From Candidatus Latescibacterota bacterium (GTDB lineage: Bacteria > Latescibacterota > UBA2968 > UBA8231): a stretch of DNA of 64,000 nt. The stretch spans positions 2,080,001 through 2,144,000 of the forward strand of contig CBDAOB010000005.1 of NCBI GenBank assembly GCA_965197905.1. The letters run 5' to 3'. Positions 1 to 9,834 of this stretch are shown one piece after another. Under the pieces are notes generated by a model. It had not been told where the DNA came from and searched no databases. It saw only the letters and a program-made list of their open reading frames with translations. The position numbers and the translations under genes are program-made. Position 1 is the stretch's first letter. Each line of letters begins with the position of its first letter.

Positions 1-1
1 T

Positions 2-877
2 CTGAAACCCCTCTCCGTTCCACGGCAAAAGGATGGGAGCATTGAGGCTGTGGGGGGCAGACACGCACCCGGGCTGGTTGCCCGCGCCTACATGCCGCTA
101 CTCGAGCCCGGATCCTACGTCTTGAAACTTCCCGATCTCCAGGCGCAATCGACCGCAGAGGGTCTGGCACCAGGACATTTGCTGATGCTGAAACGCGAAA
201 CAGTCCATGCAAAATCGATTTGGGAAACGAGATTTGTGTTGCCCTTGATCGCCGACCGTGACCACAGCGAAATGATCTTTCACATCAATCGAACCGTTCT
301 CGGGTTCACCTACCTTCATTTCTCTGGCTCCGGATCACTCCTGCTGCGACGCGCCCGGCTGCTCCATTCCCCCGGATTCGGGAACCTCCGGACCCGTGAG
401 ATTCATCGCGCTGAAGGTGGCGCTCGTTCTTCGAGTGAGATACCGCTGGCTCATGTGGCAAGATTCCCCAACGTGAAACCTGGCGGTTACGCCGTCACCG
501 CAGAGTTGAGCGGAACGACCGCCCACACCCTGGTAGATCGAGCCGCTTCACCCGTCGTGATGGCGGTCTTCTTGGAAGAAGGGGAAGCGGCGGGAGGAGC
601 CATGGAGAGAGGGATCCGATCCTGGTTCGGATCCAAACGCGACCTGGTTTCGGTGGCTCAACAGGGCAGACCGGTATTACCCCTCATCGAAACCATCCAA
701 GCGCCCTGGTGGATGGCTATACCGGTCCTGGGGGCGGACAAATACCAACTGGATTTCTCGGTTTTCCAACCAGGAGATGTCTGGGTAGCGTTGAAGTATG
801 GGGGTCCGTTGGACATCGCGCTGGACCAGTTTGTGCTGAAGCAAATCGAGCCGGCACATCGAAGGCCGGTTGATTGA
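2..877 (+). CDS. hypothetical protein, C-terminal part (runs off left edge)
   Basis: Frame is open from base 2 to TGA at 877; no recognisable motif; converges on the M32 gene. Confidence 0.6.
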   Translation: MKPLSVPRQKDGSIEAVGGRHAPGLVARAYMPLLEPGSYVLKLPDLQAQSTAEGLAPGHLLMLKRETVHAKSIWETRFVLPLIADRDHSEMIFHINRTVLGFTYLHFSGSGSLLLRRARLLHSPGFGNLRTREIHRAEGGARSSSEIPLAHVARFPNVKPGGYAVTAELSGTTAHTLVDRAASPVVMAVFLEEGEAAGGAMERGIRSWFGSKRDLVSVAQQGRPVLPLIETIQAPWWMAIPVLGADKYQLDFSVFQPGDVWVALKYGGPLDIALDQFVLKQIEPAHRRPVD

Positions 878-893
878 AGCCGGTTGCTTCCGG

Positions 894-2396
894 CTAAGGA
901 TCGAGGTCGTAGAGACGGCCGAATTTTTCGTTCAGATAACCCACGAACGGCCCGATTTCCAATCCTTTCCCAGCAACCTCCCGCACCAACTCCCCCGCCT
1001 GAAGACGGGAACCCCGTTGGTGGACCTTTGCGTTTAGCCATGATTTCAGCGGCATGAGCTCTCCCCTGGTGACCTGCTCGTCTAGATCGGGAATATCGCG
1101 GACCGCGCTGTCGTACAGCTGAGCGGCATAGAGATTGCCCAGCGTGTAGGTGGGAAAATACCCGAACAAACCGAGGGACCAGTGGACGTCTTGCAAAACC
1201 CCGAGAGCGTCGTTGGGAGGTCGGATACCCAGATAGTCCTCCATGCGTTGATTCCAGGCTTCCGGAAGCTCGGCCACCGACAGCTCGCCCGCCAGCAGCT
1301 CCCGCTCTAGCTCGAAGCGCAGCAGGATATGGAGATTGTAGGTCACCTCGTCCGCTTCGACTCGTATCAGGGAGGGTTCGACCCTGTTGATCGCGCGGTA
1401 GAAAGCGTCCAAATCAACCCCGTCCAACTGGGTGGGAAAGAGCTCTTTCAATGCCGGCAGATAGTGCGACCAGAGCCGCCGGCTGCGACCGATCATGTTC
1501 TCCCACAGGCGCGACTGGCTTTCGTGAATGCCAAGGGAAACCGCCCTTCCGGCCGGCAGGGTTTCCTGGTCGGCCGGGAGCCCCTGCTCATAAAGGCCAT
1601 GCCCCGTTTCGTGAATGATTCCGAACAGGGATTGGGTGAACCCGTTTTCATCGTATCTGGTGGTGAGCCTCACGTCTTCAGGACCGATCCCGCTGCAAAA
1701 GGGATGTACCGATATGTCCAGACGGCCGGCCTCGAGGTCGAATCCCATTTCCTCCATGATGCGGCGCCCAAATTGTTCCTGCAGCGCCACCGGAAACGGA
1801 CGCTCGAGCGCGTCAAACGGTGGCCGGTCCACAGTGGCGATCTTCTCCACCATGCGCACCAAGTGCTGGCGCAATTCCCCAAACACTGGACCGATCTCTT
1901 CCGCCGTCGCATATGGTTCGTACTCATCCAGCAGGGCGTTGTAGATCGAACCCTCGAAGCCGACGTTGTCGGCCACCTGCGTCTTCAGGTGGAGCATCTT
2001 TTCGAGCCATGGCCGGTAGTGGGCGAAGTCATCGTCCGCGCGCGCCTTGACCCACGCCTCGTGACTCAAAGAGGCCGTTTCACTGAGCTCGACTATCAGT
2101 TCTCGCGGAATCTTGCGGGCTCGAGCCTGCTCACGATCCAGCTGCCGCAAGTTTACCGCTTCGTCGCCCGCCAAATCTGCCTGTTTCAGATCCTCTATCA
2201 GATCGACGAGGGACTGCATGGTGAGTTTGTCGTGATAGATACCCGCCAGAGTGCCTAGACTGCGGGCGCGCATCCGCGCCCCCTTGGGAGGCATGTTGGT
2301 CTCCTGATCCCATCCCATCAACGCCTGGGCATGAGCGATATCCGCCAACTGGGACATGACTTCGAGCAATCGGGCGTAGCCGTTCTGCCCCGTCAT
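894..2396 (-). CDS. carboxypeptidase M32 (Taq-type)
   Basis: 500 aa with WDQET, HPF, DVRLTTRY, HETGH zinc motif, HESQSRLWEN, IRVEADE, QDVHW and YFPTYTLG. Confidence 0.95.
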   Translation of the reverse strand: MTGQNGYARLLEVMSQLADIAHAQALMGWDQETNMPPKGARMRARSLGTLAGIYHDKLTMQSLVDLIEDLKQADLAGDEAVNLRQLDREQARARKIPRELIVELSETASLSHEAWVKARADDDFAHYRPWLEKMLHLKTQVADNVGFEGSIYNALLDEYEPYATAEEIGPVFGELRQHLVRMVEKIATVDRPPFDALERPFPVALQEQFGRRIMEEMGFDLEAGRLDISVHPFCSGIGPEDVRLTTRYDENGFTQSLFGIIHETGHGLYEQGLPADQETLPAGRAVSLGIHESQSRLWENMIGRSRRLWSHYLPALKELFPTQLDGVDLDAFYRAINRVEPSLIRVEADEVTYNLHILLRFELERELLAGELSVAELPEAWNQRMEDYLGIRPPNDALGVLQDVHWSLGLFGYFPTYTLGNLYAAQLYDSAVRDIPDLDEQVTRGELMPLKSWLNAKVHQRGSRLQAGELVREVAGKGLEIGPFVGYLNEKFGRLYDLDP

Positions 2397-2444
2397 TTCA
2401 ACCCGCCGTTCCGCCTAGGTTGGCGATGGGTGCTTGGCATCCCA

Positions 2445-3449
2445 TCATCTCTCCATGTCCGGGTAACCGGTCAGTTGATAGCCGATGTCGACATAATCCA
2501 GTAGCCGAGTTAGGACTCTAAAAGCAACTCCGAATCCGTCCACGCCGCTGTACCCACCGAACTGCCCGCCACCACGCAGATGCGGTTCCAGATCGAGAAA
2601 GACGCCGGGCACGCCCTGCCGTCGCAGTTTGCGGGTCAGCGCCGGTAAACGACGACGGAAATCCCGCAGGATCTTCTCATGTCCCGAATCTCCCTCATCG
2701 GCGGGCACGAAATTCTTGAGGCGCTCCTCGTCCACATGCCCATCCCACTTCAAAGCGGGATCGATCCGGTAGTCTTTGATATGCATCCAGCCTATCCCGC
2801 TCTTCATCGCCGAGTACTCCGCGAAGGTCCGTTCGGCAGGGAAGTTTTGACTTGCGAGATTCCCCCCATCGAAGATGAGGTAGAGATTCGGACTGTTTAC
2901 ACGTCGCTGCAGCGCCCGCAGGAGATGACCGTCTTGCCCGATCAGGTTGGCTTCCACCTCGAGCCCAAACAGGATGCCGGCAGCGGCGCACCGATCGACG
3001 ATCTGACCCAGACGATCGGCGGCTTCATCGACGAAAACGGTGGGATCGGTCCCCCGCGGATGGTAGAACGAAAACCCGCGGATGCAGCGGGTCTCCAGCT
3101 CGGTCGCCAGTGACACCGCCCGTTCCACATCCCGGCGCAGATAGGTCGAGAATGGCAGGAAGACGTTGCTCGTGCCATCCTCGACATCGCGCAGTTTGAC
3201 CTTACCGATAGGAGACCCCAGGGAGGAGACCCGAACCCCGAATTCACCGTGCAGGCGTTTCAACCGACGGACTTCCGCCCTGCTCAAGGTCATGGCGTTT
3301 TTGACGCCGTCACCCATATCGACGAAGCGCAGGCTATAATACGACAGTCCGAGTGCTGAAAGCATGGTGAGCTGGCTCTCGACGCGTTTATCCGCAGGGC
3401 CCTCGTCGGCGAATCCAGTGATAATCACTTCCGGCTTACGGAGCATCAT
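2445..3449 (-). CDS. sugar phosphate isomerase/epimerase, TIM barrel (AP endonuclease 2 family)
   Basis: ITGFADE, SSLGSPIGK, LEVE, FDGGN, HIKD and LEPH motifs; start moved to ATG 3449 behind GAGGAG. Confidence 0.8.
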   Translation of the reverse strand: MMLRKPEVIITGFADEGPADKRVESQLTMLSALGLSYYSLRFVDMGDGVKNAMTLSRAEVRRLKRLHGEFGVRVSSLGSPIGKVKLRDVEDGTSNVFLPFSTYLRRDVERAVSLATELETRCIRGFSFYHPRGTDPTVFVDEAADRLGQIVDRCAAAGILFGLEVEANLIGQDGHLLRALQRRVNSPNLYLIFDGGNLASQNFPAERTFAEYSAMKSGIGWMHIKDYRIDPALKWDGHVDEERLKNFVPADEGDSGHEKILRDFRRRLPALTRKLRRQGVPGVFLDLEPHLRGGGQFGGYSGVDGFGVAFRVLTRLLDYVDIGYQLTGYPDMER

Positions 3450-4062
3450 TGGTCTCCTCGACGATGTCGCTGATGCGGATCCGTCCCGAGGAAAGATCCA
3501 GCAGTCTCTGGCGCGTTTCTTCAACTCGGTGCTCCTCGACCAGGACTCGCAGCCGCACGTCGGCCCCGTAGTTCTCCTTGTCTATCAGTCCCGCTTCCGA
3601 CACTGTCGATTTGCAGAGCTCGAGATACTCGTACGGAGCCGCGATATCCAATGCCACGCGACTCACCTTGAGCTCGGTCGGCACTGCGGCGAGAACTTCC
3701 TGGGCGGTCTCGGTGTAGGCTCGGACCAAACCACCAGTTCCGAGCTTGGTGCCGCCGAAATAACGCACCACCACAACCACCACGTCCCCGATATTGCTTC
3801 CGGAAAGAACGGCCAGAACCGGCCGGCCGGCGGTACCCGACGGCTCGCCGTCATCGCTCATGCCGTGGGTTACGGTGGCTCCGTGACCCACGGCGAAGGC
3901 GTAGACATGATGCGAGGCATCGGGAAACTGCTCGCGCGTCCGGCGGAGAAACGCCTGGGCCTCTTCGACGCTGCCGGCGCGATCGGCAACGCCGATTAAT
4001 TTCGAATTCTTGAATCGCAGATCCACCCGCGCCGCACGGGCGGGGATCGCGTAACCGGTCAT
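3436..4062 (-). CDS. yigZ: YigZ/IMPACT family protein
   Basis: ASHHVYAF, SDDGEPSGTAGRP and VVRYFGGTKLGTGGLVRAY. Confidence 0.92.
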   Translation of the reverse strand: MTGYAIPARAARVDLRFKNSKLIGVADRAGSVEEAQAFLRRTREQFPDASHHVYAFAVGHGATVTHGMSDDGEPSGTAGRPVLAVLSGSNIGDVVVVVVRYFGGTKLGTGGLVRAYTETAQEVLAAVPTELKVSRVALDIAAPYEYLELCKSTVSEAGLIDKENYGADVRLRVLVEEHRVEETRQRLLDLSSGRIRISDIVEETNDAP

Positions 4063-4183
4063 GTGGATGTCGCACCCCGCAGGAAAAAGGATAAACTAAG
4101 GTAGGTGGCCGGGAGACGCTATTTGTTGCGCGAATGGCTCCAGCCTGTTTTTTCATTACCCTATATCCGACAATGGAGATCAG

Positions 4184-4987
4184 ATGACCAAGTACAGCTA
4201 CATGATTTTCGAGCCGCTCTCTAGCCAGGAGCCGAACCGACTGCGCGCGAGCCTGGAACAGATCGCCCAGTGCGGTTATGAAGGAGCGGAGTTGAACCTG
4301 GTTCACCCAACAGCCGTCGAGCTGGGAACGCTGGAGGCCTGGCTTCGAGATCTGGACCTGGTCATCCCCTCCTTTCTAACCGGAGCGGTCTACAGTAGCG
4401 ACTGCTGTATGGCCTCGAAGGAGGCCGGCGCGCGCCGTCGGGCCGTTGAACACCTGTTCGACTGTCTGGAAACGGCGGCCCGGTTCGGGGCAATTATCGT
4501 CGTCGGATTGCTACAGGGGCAGCGCAGCGATGAAAGCGACACGCACACCGCACACCCGCGAATCGTCGAATGTTTGCGAGAGGTTGGAACACGCGCGGAC
4601 GACATGGGAGTCACGGTGGTGATCGAACCGATCAATCACCTGCAGGTCGGCTTCAACCACTCGGTGGCGGAGGTGCGCGGGCTGGTCCGTGATGTGGGCT
4701 GTTCGGCGGTGCAGCCCATGGTGGATACGATCCACATGAACATCGAGGAGAAATCAGTCGTAGAACCGATCCTTGATTGCGGTGCCGAGCTCGGTCACGT
4801 GCATCTATGCGAGAGCAACGGGGCTTTGTTGGGCAGCGGGCACGTGAATTTCCGAGCGGTACTGGAAGCGTTAAACACCGTGGAGTATACCGGTTTCGCG
4901 TCCGTGAAGGATTATCGTTCCCCGGATCTGGCGAAATCGGCCAGATCCTGTTTGCAATTCCTGCAGAGTGTGGCGAAACCGAGTTAG
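4184..4987 (+). CDS. sugar phosphate isomerase/epimerase (D-tagatose/psicose 3-epimerase-like)
   Basis: IEPIN, DTIHMNIEE, HVHLCESN and GSGHVNF; GGAGA RBS. Confidence 0.85.
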   Translation: MTKYSYMIFEPLSSQEPNRLRASLEQIAQCGYEGAELNLVHPTAVELGTLEAWLRDLDLVIPSFLTGAVYSSDCCMASKEAGARRRAVEHLFDCLETAARFGAIIVVGLLQGQRSDESDTHTAHPRIVECLREVGTRADDMGVTVVIEPINHLQVGFNHSVAEVRGLVRDVGCSAVQPMVDTIHMNIEEKSVVEPILDCGAELGHVHLCESNGALLGSGHVNFRAVLEALNTVEYTGFASVKDYRSPDLAKSARSCLQFLQSVAKPS

Positions 4988-5889
4988 GTTTTGGAGGTGT
5001 CGAGCAGCGACCAGTCCAATTCGCGGACCTCGAGATCCAGTTCCTTCCAGTAGTACTTCAGGTCGCTGTCCCCCCAGCCCTCGTAGACCTGTTCCCAGGT
5101 CAACAGCCCTACGTGAGGCAAAAGGGAGGTGCTGTCGACGGTGGGCACGGAAAGCGGTTGATATCGGAAATCCACCGAAAGTCTAATCCGGTTCTCGGTC
5201 AGATTCGGCAAAGACCGGTGCACCGTCTTGCTGTGGAAGATGATGGCATCTCCCGCCCGCAGGTCCCCCTCAACCCAGCTCTCCTCGCAGTCATCCAGAA
5301 CCACGGTGCGATGTCCCGCACCGTCAGCATCGCGAACCTTCAGGATCTCGCGTTCGTGGGTACCGGAAAGGATGGTTAGCCCACCGAGTTCCCGCGGACA
5401 ATCTCCCAGGGAGAACCAACAGGTGTAGGTCGACTCGGAGCCCTGCACATAGATGAAATCCTGATGGGCGGGCGTTGGAGGCGCATCCCGATGGGGCGCC
5501 ATCAAACGTGCGATGTGGCGCGGGTGTACGAATACGGGTTCGCCGAACAGCTTGGCGAACAGGCCGACGATGGCAGGGTGGTGGGCAAGGCGGTGGAACT
5601 CCTCAATCCGGTAGAGATCCTGATACGCCTGTTTATCGACGCCGTTGGAGGCGTAACATTCCACCTCGTTTATGCAGGGATCGATGATGCCGTCCATGAG
5701 CTCGCTGCCCTCGAGAAGCCAACCCCGACGTTGGAACAGCTCGAGGATTGTTCGCCGCATCTCGAGAATCGGCTCCACTGGAATCAGGCCGCGGAAAAGA
5801 CCGAAGCCGTCCTTCTCAATCTGTTGCCTGAGTCCCCCCTCATCGTCGGCCAGCACGCTTAGATCACAGAATTCCGTGGGGTCGGCCAT
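4984..5889 (-). CDS. phytanoyl-CoA dioxygenase family Fe/2OG oxygenase
   Basis: PAHQD facial triad, GDAIIFHSKTVH and RLSVDFRY. Confidence 0.88.
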   Translation of the reverse strand: MADPTEFCDLSVLADDEGGLRQQIEKDGFGLFRGLIPVEPILEMRRTILELFQRRGWLLEGSELMDGIIDPCINEVECYASNGVDKQAYQDLYRIEEFHRLAHHPAIVGLFAKLFGEPVFVHPRHIARLMAPHRDAPPTPAHQDFIYVQGSESTYTCWFSLGDCPRELGGLTILSGTHEREILKVRDADGAGHRTVVLDDCEESWVEGDLRAGDAIIFHSKTVHRSLPNLTENRIRLSVDFRYQPLSVPTVDSTSLLPHVGLLTWEQVYEGWGDSDLKYYWKELDLEVRELDWSLLDTSKT

Positions 5890-5913
5890 GGTCCCGATTT
5901 CTCCTCGAAGGTT

Positions 5914-7302
5914 CTAGAACTCTTCTTCCTGCTCGATGCGAAACTCGGGCGCCATGTTTTCAAAGCTGGCACTTTCCGGATTCCACATCAGATGCAGAGA
6001 GCCGGTCGGCCCGTTTCGCTGTTTCCCGATAATGACCTCCGCATGCCCCTCCAGGCTACCTCCCTCAGCTGACCGCAGTCCGTATACCTCGGGGCGATAG
6101 ATGAACATCACCAGGTCGGCATCCTGCTCCAGGGAACCACTTTCCCGCAGATCGGAGAGTTGCGGGCGGCGATCGGTGCGGCTTTCAACCGCCCTCGACA
6201 GCTGAGAAAGGGCAACCACCGGCACATCGAGTTCCTTCGCCAAACCCTTGAGGCCCCTAGAGATCTGGGAAATCTCCTGCTCTCGGCTGTTCACCTGAGT
6301 GTGACTGCTCATCAACTGGAGGTAGTCTATGATGATCATACCGACGCCGTAGTCGCGTTTGAGCCGGCGCGCCTTGGCCCGCGCCTCGAGGACGTTGATG
6401 CCCGGCGTATCGTCGACGAAGATCTGGGCTTGAGCGAGCTTGCCCACGTGGTGGGTTAGATTGAGCCAGTCCTCCTCCCGCAATCTGCCCGTCCGCAACT
6501 TGTGGAGATCCAACCGAGTTTCGATGCACAGGAGTCTCTGAGCCAGCTGCATCTTGGACATCTCGAGACTGAATATTCCAACCGGGACGCCGGCCTCCAC
6601 GGCGGCATTTCTTGCCAGGCAAAGCGCCAGAGCGGTCTTTCCCACGCTGGGTCGAGCCGCCAGGATCAACAGGTCACCGTTTTGAAATCCGGAGGTCATC
6701 TCGTTGATCTCGGCGAATCCGGTCTCGACCCCAGAGACGATGCTGTATTGTCGGTGAGCGTTCTCTATCTGTTCCAAGGTGCTTCCCAGCACCGTTTCCA
6801 AACGCTCGAACCCGTCGCTCAACCCGCGCTCGGTGAGGGCGAAGATATTTTGCTCGGCCCAGCTGATGAGCTCCTGCACGTCGGTGGACCCTTCGTATGC
6901 CTTCGCCGAAACCTGTGCCGATGTTTCGATCAATTTCCTTCCCAGCGCCTTCTCCAGGACAATGCGCGCATGGTAGTCGATATTGGCACTGGAGCTCACC
7001 TCGGTGGCCAGGGAAGCCAGGTAGACGACGCCCCCAACCTTCTCCAGCTGGTTCTCACGTCGCAGCTCTTCGGCGAGGGTGAGTTGATCCACCGCCTCGT
7101 TGCGCTCGTAGAGGCGCAGCATTGCTGCGTAGATCTGGCCGTGAGGAATATGATAGAAGCAACTCGAGTCGAGCAGCTCGATACCTCGACCGATGGCGCG
7201 GGAATCGATCATCATGGCTCCCAGAACGGCACGTTCAATCTCGACCGCTTGCGGCGGCATGCGTTCCACGTCTCGGCCATTCCCTGGTGCTCCCCGATTC
7301 AT
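5914..7302 (-). CDS. dnaB: replicative DNA helicase
   Basis: PPQAVEIERAVLG, AARPSVGKT Walker A, IIDYLQL, SQLSR, DLRESGSLEQDAD and KQRNGPTG. Confidence 0.97.
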   Translation of the reverse strand: MNRGAPGNGRDVERMPPQAVEIERAVLGAMMIDSRAIGRGIELLDSSCFYHIPHGQIYAAMLRLYERNEAVDQLTLAEELRRENQLEKVGGVVYLASLATEVSSSANIDYHARIVLEKALGRKLIETSAQVSAKAYEGSTDVQELISWAEQNIFALTERGLSDGFERLETVLGSTLEQIENAHRQYSIVSGVETGFAEINEMTSGFQNGDLLILAARPSVGKTALALCLARNAAVEAGVPVGIFSLEMSKMQLAQRLLCIETRLDLHKLRTGRLREEDWLNLTHHVGKLAQAQIFVDDTPGINVLEARAKARRLKRDYGVGMIIIDYLQLMSSHTQVNSREQEISQISRGLKGLAKELDVPVVALSQLSRAVESRTDRRPQLSDLRESGSLEQDADLVMFIYRPEVYGLRSAEGGSLEGHAEVIIGKQRNGPTGSLHLMWNPESASFENMAPEFRIEQEEEF

Positions 7303-7371
7303 GCTGTTTCCTTCATGTCGATAACCCGGTTTGATCCCCAGGTGAGCCGCTCCCGATGGTGGCAGCCCGGC

Positions 7372-8076
7372 TCAAAGCTGGACGCCGTCGTATTCGCGCC
7401 GGAGCCATTTCATATCCTCCCAAGTTCCCCGTTTCCACTGAGGGTTGCGCAGCAGGGCTGCCGGATGGTAAGTAGCGATGAGAGGTATGCCTTCATATTC
7501 GTGCAACATGCCGCGCAATGAACGCATCGGGGCGCTGGTCTTGAGGAGCGCCTGGGTGGAGATCCTTCCCAGCGTACAAATGATCCTCGGTTTTACGATC
7601 TCGATCTGGCGCTTGAGATACGGCTCGCAGGTGGCGATCTCTTCCGGCTTCGGATCGCGATTTCCCGGCGGCCGACATTTCAGGACATTGCAGATGTACA
7701 CCTGATCGCGGCGCAGTCCCATGGCCTCGATAATCTTGGTCAGCAATTGCCCCGCCTTGCCCACGAACGGCAACCCCTGTTGATCTTCGTCGGCTCCAGG
7801 CGCTTCCCCGATAAACATGATGCCGGCGTCGGCACTTCCGCTGCCGAAAACAAAGTTCCTGCGCGTCTGTCCCAATGGACAGCTCTGACACTCGCAGATC
7901 TGCAGTCTATACGCCTCCAGGCTCGCCGACGATTCAGCTTCTGCGGCCGCCGAGCCCACCGGCGCTGGTGGCACGACGCCGGGTGGTAGAATGAACTGCT
8001 CGCCTTCGTACGCCTGTAAGTCTTCGAGCACGCGACGAACCTGGGAAAACTCGTCATGGTTCCGGGCCTCGTTCAC
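7372..8076 (-). CDS. uracil-DNA glycosylase family 4 (Fe-S)
   Basis: CxxC, GEAPG, GLPFVG, NVLKCRPPGNR and TYHPAALLR. Confidence 0.93.
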   Translation of the reverse strand: MNEARNHDEFSQVRRVLEDLQAYEGEQFILPPGVVPPAPVGSAAAEAESSASLEAYRLQICECQSCPLGQTRRNFVFGSGSADAGIMFIGEAPGADEDQQGLPFVGKAGQLLTKIIEAMGLRRDQVYICNVLKCRPPGNRDPKPEEIATCEPYLKRQIEIVKPRIICTLGRISTQALLKTSAPMRSLRGMLHEYEGIPLIATYHPAALLRNPQWKRGTWEDMKWLRREYDGVQL

Positions 8077-9281
8077 GGCCGAGTATCCTGGGGCAGCAAC
8101 GCCTGCACGCGATCTAGGATCTTACTGGCCACCTCCAGCTTGCTGAGCTTGGGCAGGGTGCATGCCTCGCCTTCGGCGTCTATGATGGTGACGATATTGG
8201 TATCTACCTCGAACCCCGCGCCCTCCTCGAGGAGATTGTTCAGAATCATCAAGTCGCAGTTTTTCTCATCCATCTTGCGTCGGGCTCTGGGCACGCCTCC
8301 ATCTGTTTCCATGGCAAAACCGACGAGTACTTGACGCTCCTTGCGACGACCCAGGTGGGCAGCGATGTCCGGATTCTCCACCAACTCGAGGGTCAGCGCG
8401 TCGCCCCGCCGCAGCTTCTGCTCCGACGAATCCCGCACCCGGAAATCTGCCACGGCAGCCGCCATGATAGCCATGTCCATCTCCGGGAACAACACCTCAC
8501 TCGCAGCGAGCATCTCCGCGGCAGAGCGCACTGGCTGCGATGTAACTCCGGGAGGCAGTGGCAGAGAGGTGGGACCGTTTACGAGCCACACCGCCGCACC
8601 CCTGTTGACCGCCTCTCGGGCAATAGCGTACCCCATCTTGCCACTGGAGCGGTTGGAAATGAAACGTACGGGATCGATGTCCTCGACCGTTGGTCCGGCG
8701 GTTACCAGCAGCTTGCGCCCCTTGAGGTCGGTCTGACGTTCCCACAAACCGGCTACCTGGGAAGCGATATCCTCCGGTTCGGCCATGCGACCCTTCCCCG
8801 TCTTACCGGATGCCAGTGCACCGAATCCGGGTTCGACCGTCTCAGCTCCGCGACCGCGTAGCGACTCCAGGTTCTCCACCACCGCAGGGTGCTCGAGCAT
8901 ATTCTGCTCCATGGCGGGGGCGAGCACCATTGGTACCCGGCTGCTCAACGCCACCGCCGCAAGAAGATCATCAGCCTGTCCGTGCGCCAGCTTGGCGATG
9001 GTGTGGGCGGTGGCGGGTGCAATCAGCAACAGGTCTGCCCAATCGGCGAGACCGACGTGAAGAACTGGAAACTCATCAGATGGTTCGAAGATATCCAGAT
9101 AGACCCTGTGCCGGGTGAGTGCCTCGAGGGTTGTTGGCGTGACGAACTGCTGCGCCGCCGGCGTCATAACGACGCGCACCTGAGAACCCGCGGCGATAAG
9201 CATGCGGACGAGAACCTGGGTCTTGTAAGCCGCAATCCCGCCGCTTATGCCGATCAAGATCTTCTTCCCATCAAGTGGCAT
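8073..9281 (-). CDS. coaBC: bifunctional phosphopantothenoylcysteine decarboxylase/synthetase
   Basis: GGIAAYK, APATA, PAM, GKGRM, TAGPTVEDIDPVRFISNRSSGKMG and AAVADF. Confidence 0.96.
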   Translation of the reverse strand: MPLDGKKILIGISGGIAAYKTQVLVRMLIAAGSQVRVVMTPAAQQFVTPTTLEALTRHRVYLDIFEPSDEFPVLHVGLADWADLLLIAPATAHTIAKLAHGQADDLLAAVALSSRVPMVLAPAMEQNMLEHPAVVENLESLRGRGAETVEPGFGALASGKTGKGRMAEPEDIASQVAGLWERQTDLKGRKLLVTAGPTVEDIDPVRFISNRSSGKMGYAIAREAVNRGAAVWLVNGPTSLPLPPGVTSQPVRSAAEMLAASEVLFPEMDMAIMAAAVADFRVRDSSEQKLRRGDALTLELVENPDIAAHLGRRKERQVLVGFAMETDGGVPRARRKMDEKNCDLMILNNLLEEGAGFEVDTNIVTIIDAEGEACTLPKLSKLEVASKILDRVQALLPQDTRP

Positions 9282-9834
9282 CGTGGCCTTGGGACGCGAT
9301 ATCCGCCTGGATCTGGTCGGCGCATTCAGCGGGGCTATAGCGCCCGCTGTCGATGACCTGGTGGTAGATAGACAGGTCGGTCAGATCGATCTGGTATATG
9401 CTTGCGTAGCGTGTCGCTTCGGACTGTTCGCGAGCAAGCATCTCGCGGATGGCTAGATCCAACTCCTTTTCCTCCCGATCGGCGACCCTACGGGCCCGCA
9501 CCTCCCGCGGCGCATCCACCCACACCCGATGCGCGGCCAGCTGATGCCGCAGCGTCATCCACCCTGTAATCCGGCCCTCCAATATGACCCGGTTGGATTC
9601 CCTCGCGCCGTCAATCATGCGCTTGTCCAGCTCCCGGTCGATCTCGTCGTTCGATTCCGCCCGCCGACCTAATTCCTGTAGCGAGATTCCCATTTGCTCC
9701 GCCATCTGCCGGAACACATCTCCCGTATTCATGAGATCCCATTGCAAGCGCGCTCCGAGTTCACGACATAGAGTGGTGGTACCGCTTCCCGGAAGTCCGC
9801 TAATGGTCATAATCTGGAGATCGCCTGCCATCAT
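9271..9834 (-). CDS. cmk: cytidylate kinase, archaeal-type
   Basis: ISGLPGSGTTT P-loop, IDRELD, LEGR and REQSEATRY..IYQIDLTDLSIY..VIDS, as in archaeal-type Cmk. Confidence 0.82.
   Translation of the reverse strand: MMAGDLQIMTISGLPGSGTTTLCRELGARLQWDLMNTGDVFRQMAEQMGISLQELGRRAESNDEIDRELDKRMIDGARESNRVILEGRITGWMTLRHQLAAHRVWVDAPREVRARRVADREEKELDLAIREMLAREQSEATRYASIYQIDLTDLSIYHQVIDSGRYSPAECADQIQADIASQGHDAT

Noticed and set aside
5914..7302. Intein in DnaB
   Set aside because: Normal length with contiguous motifs.
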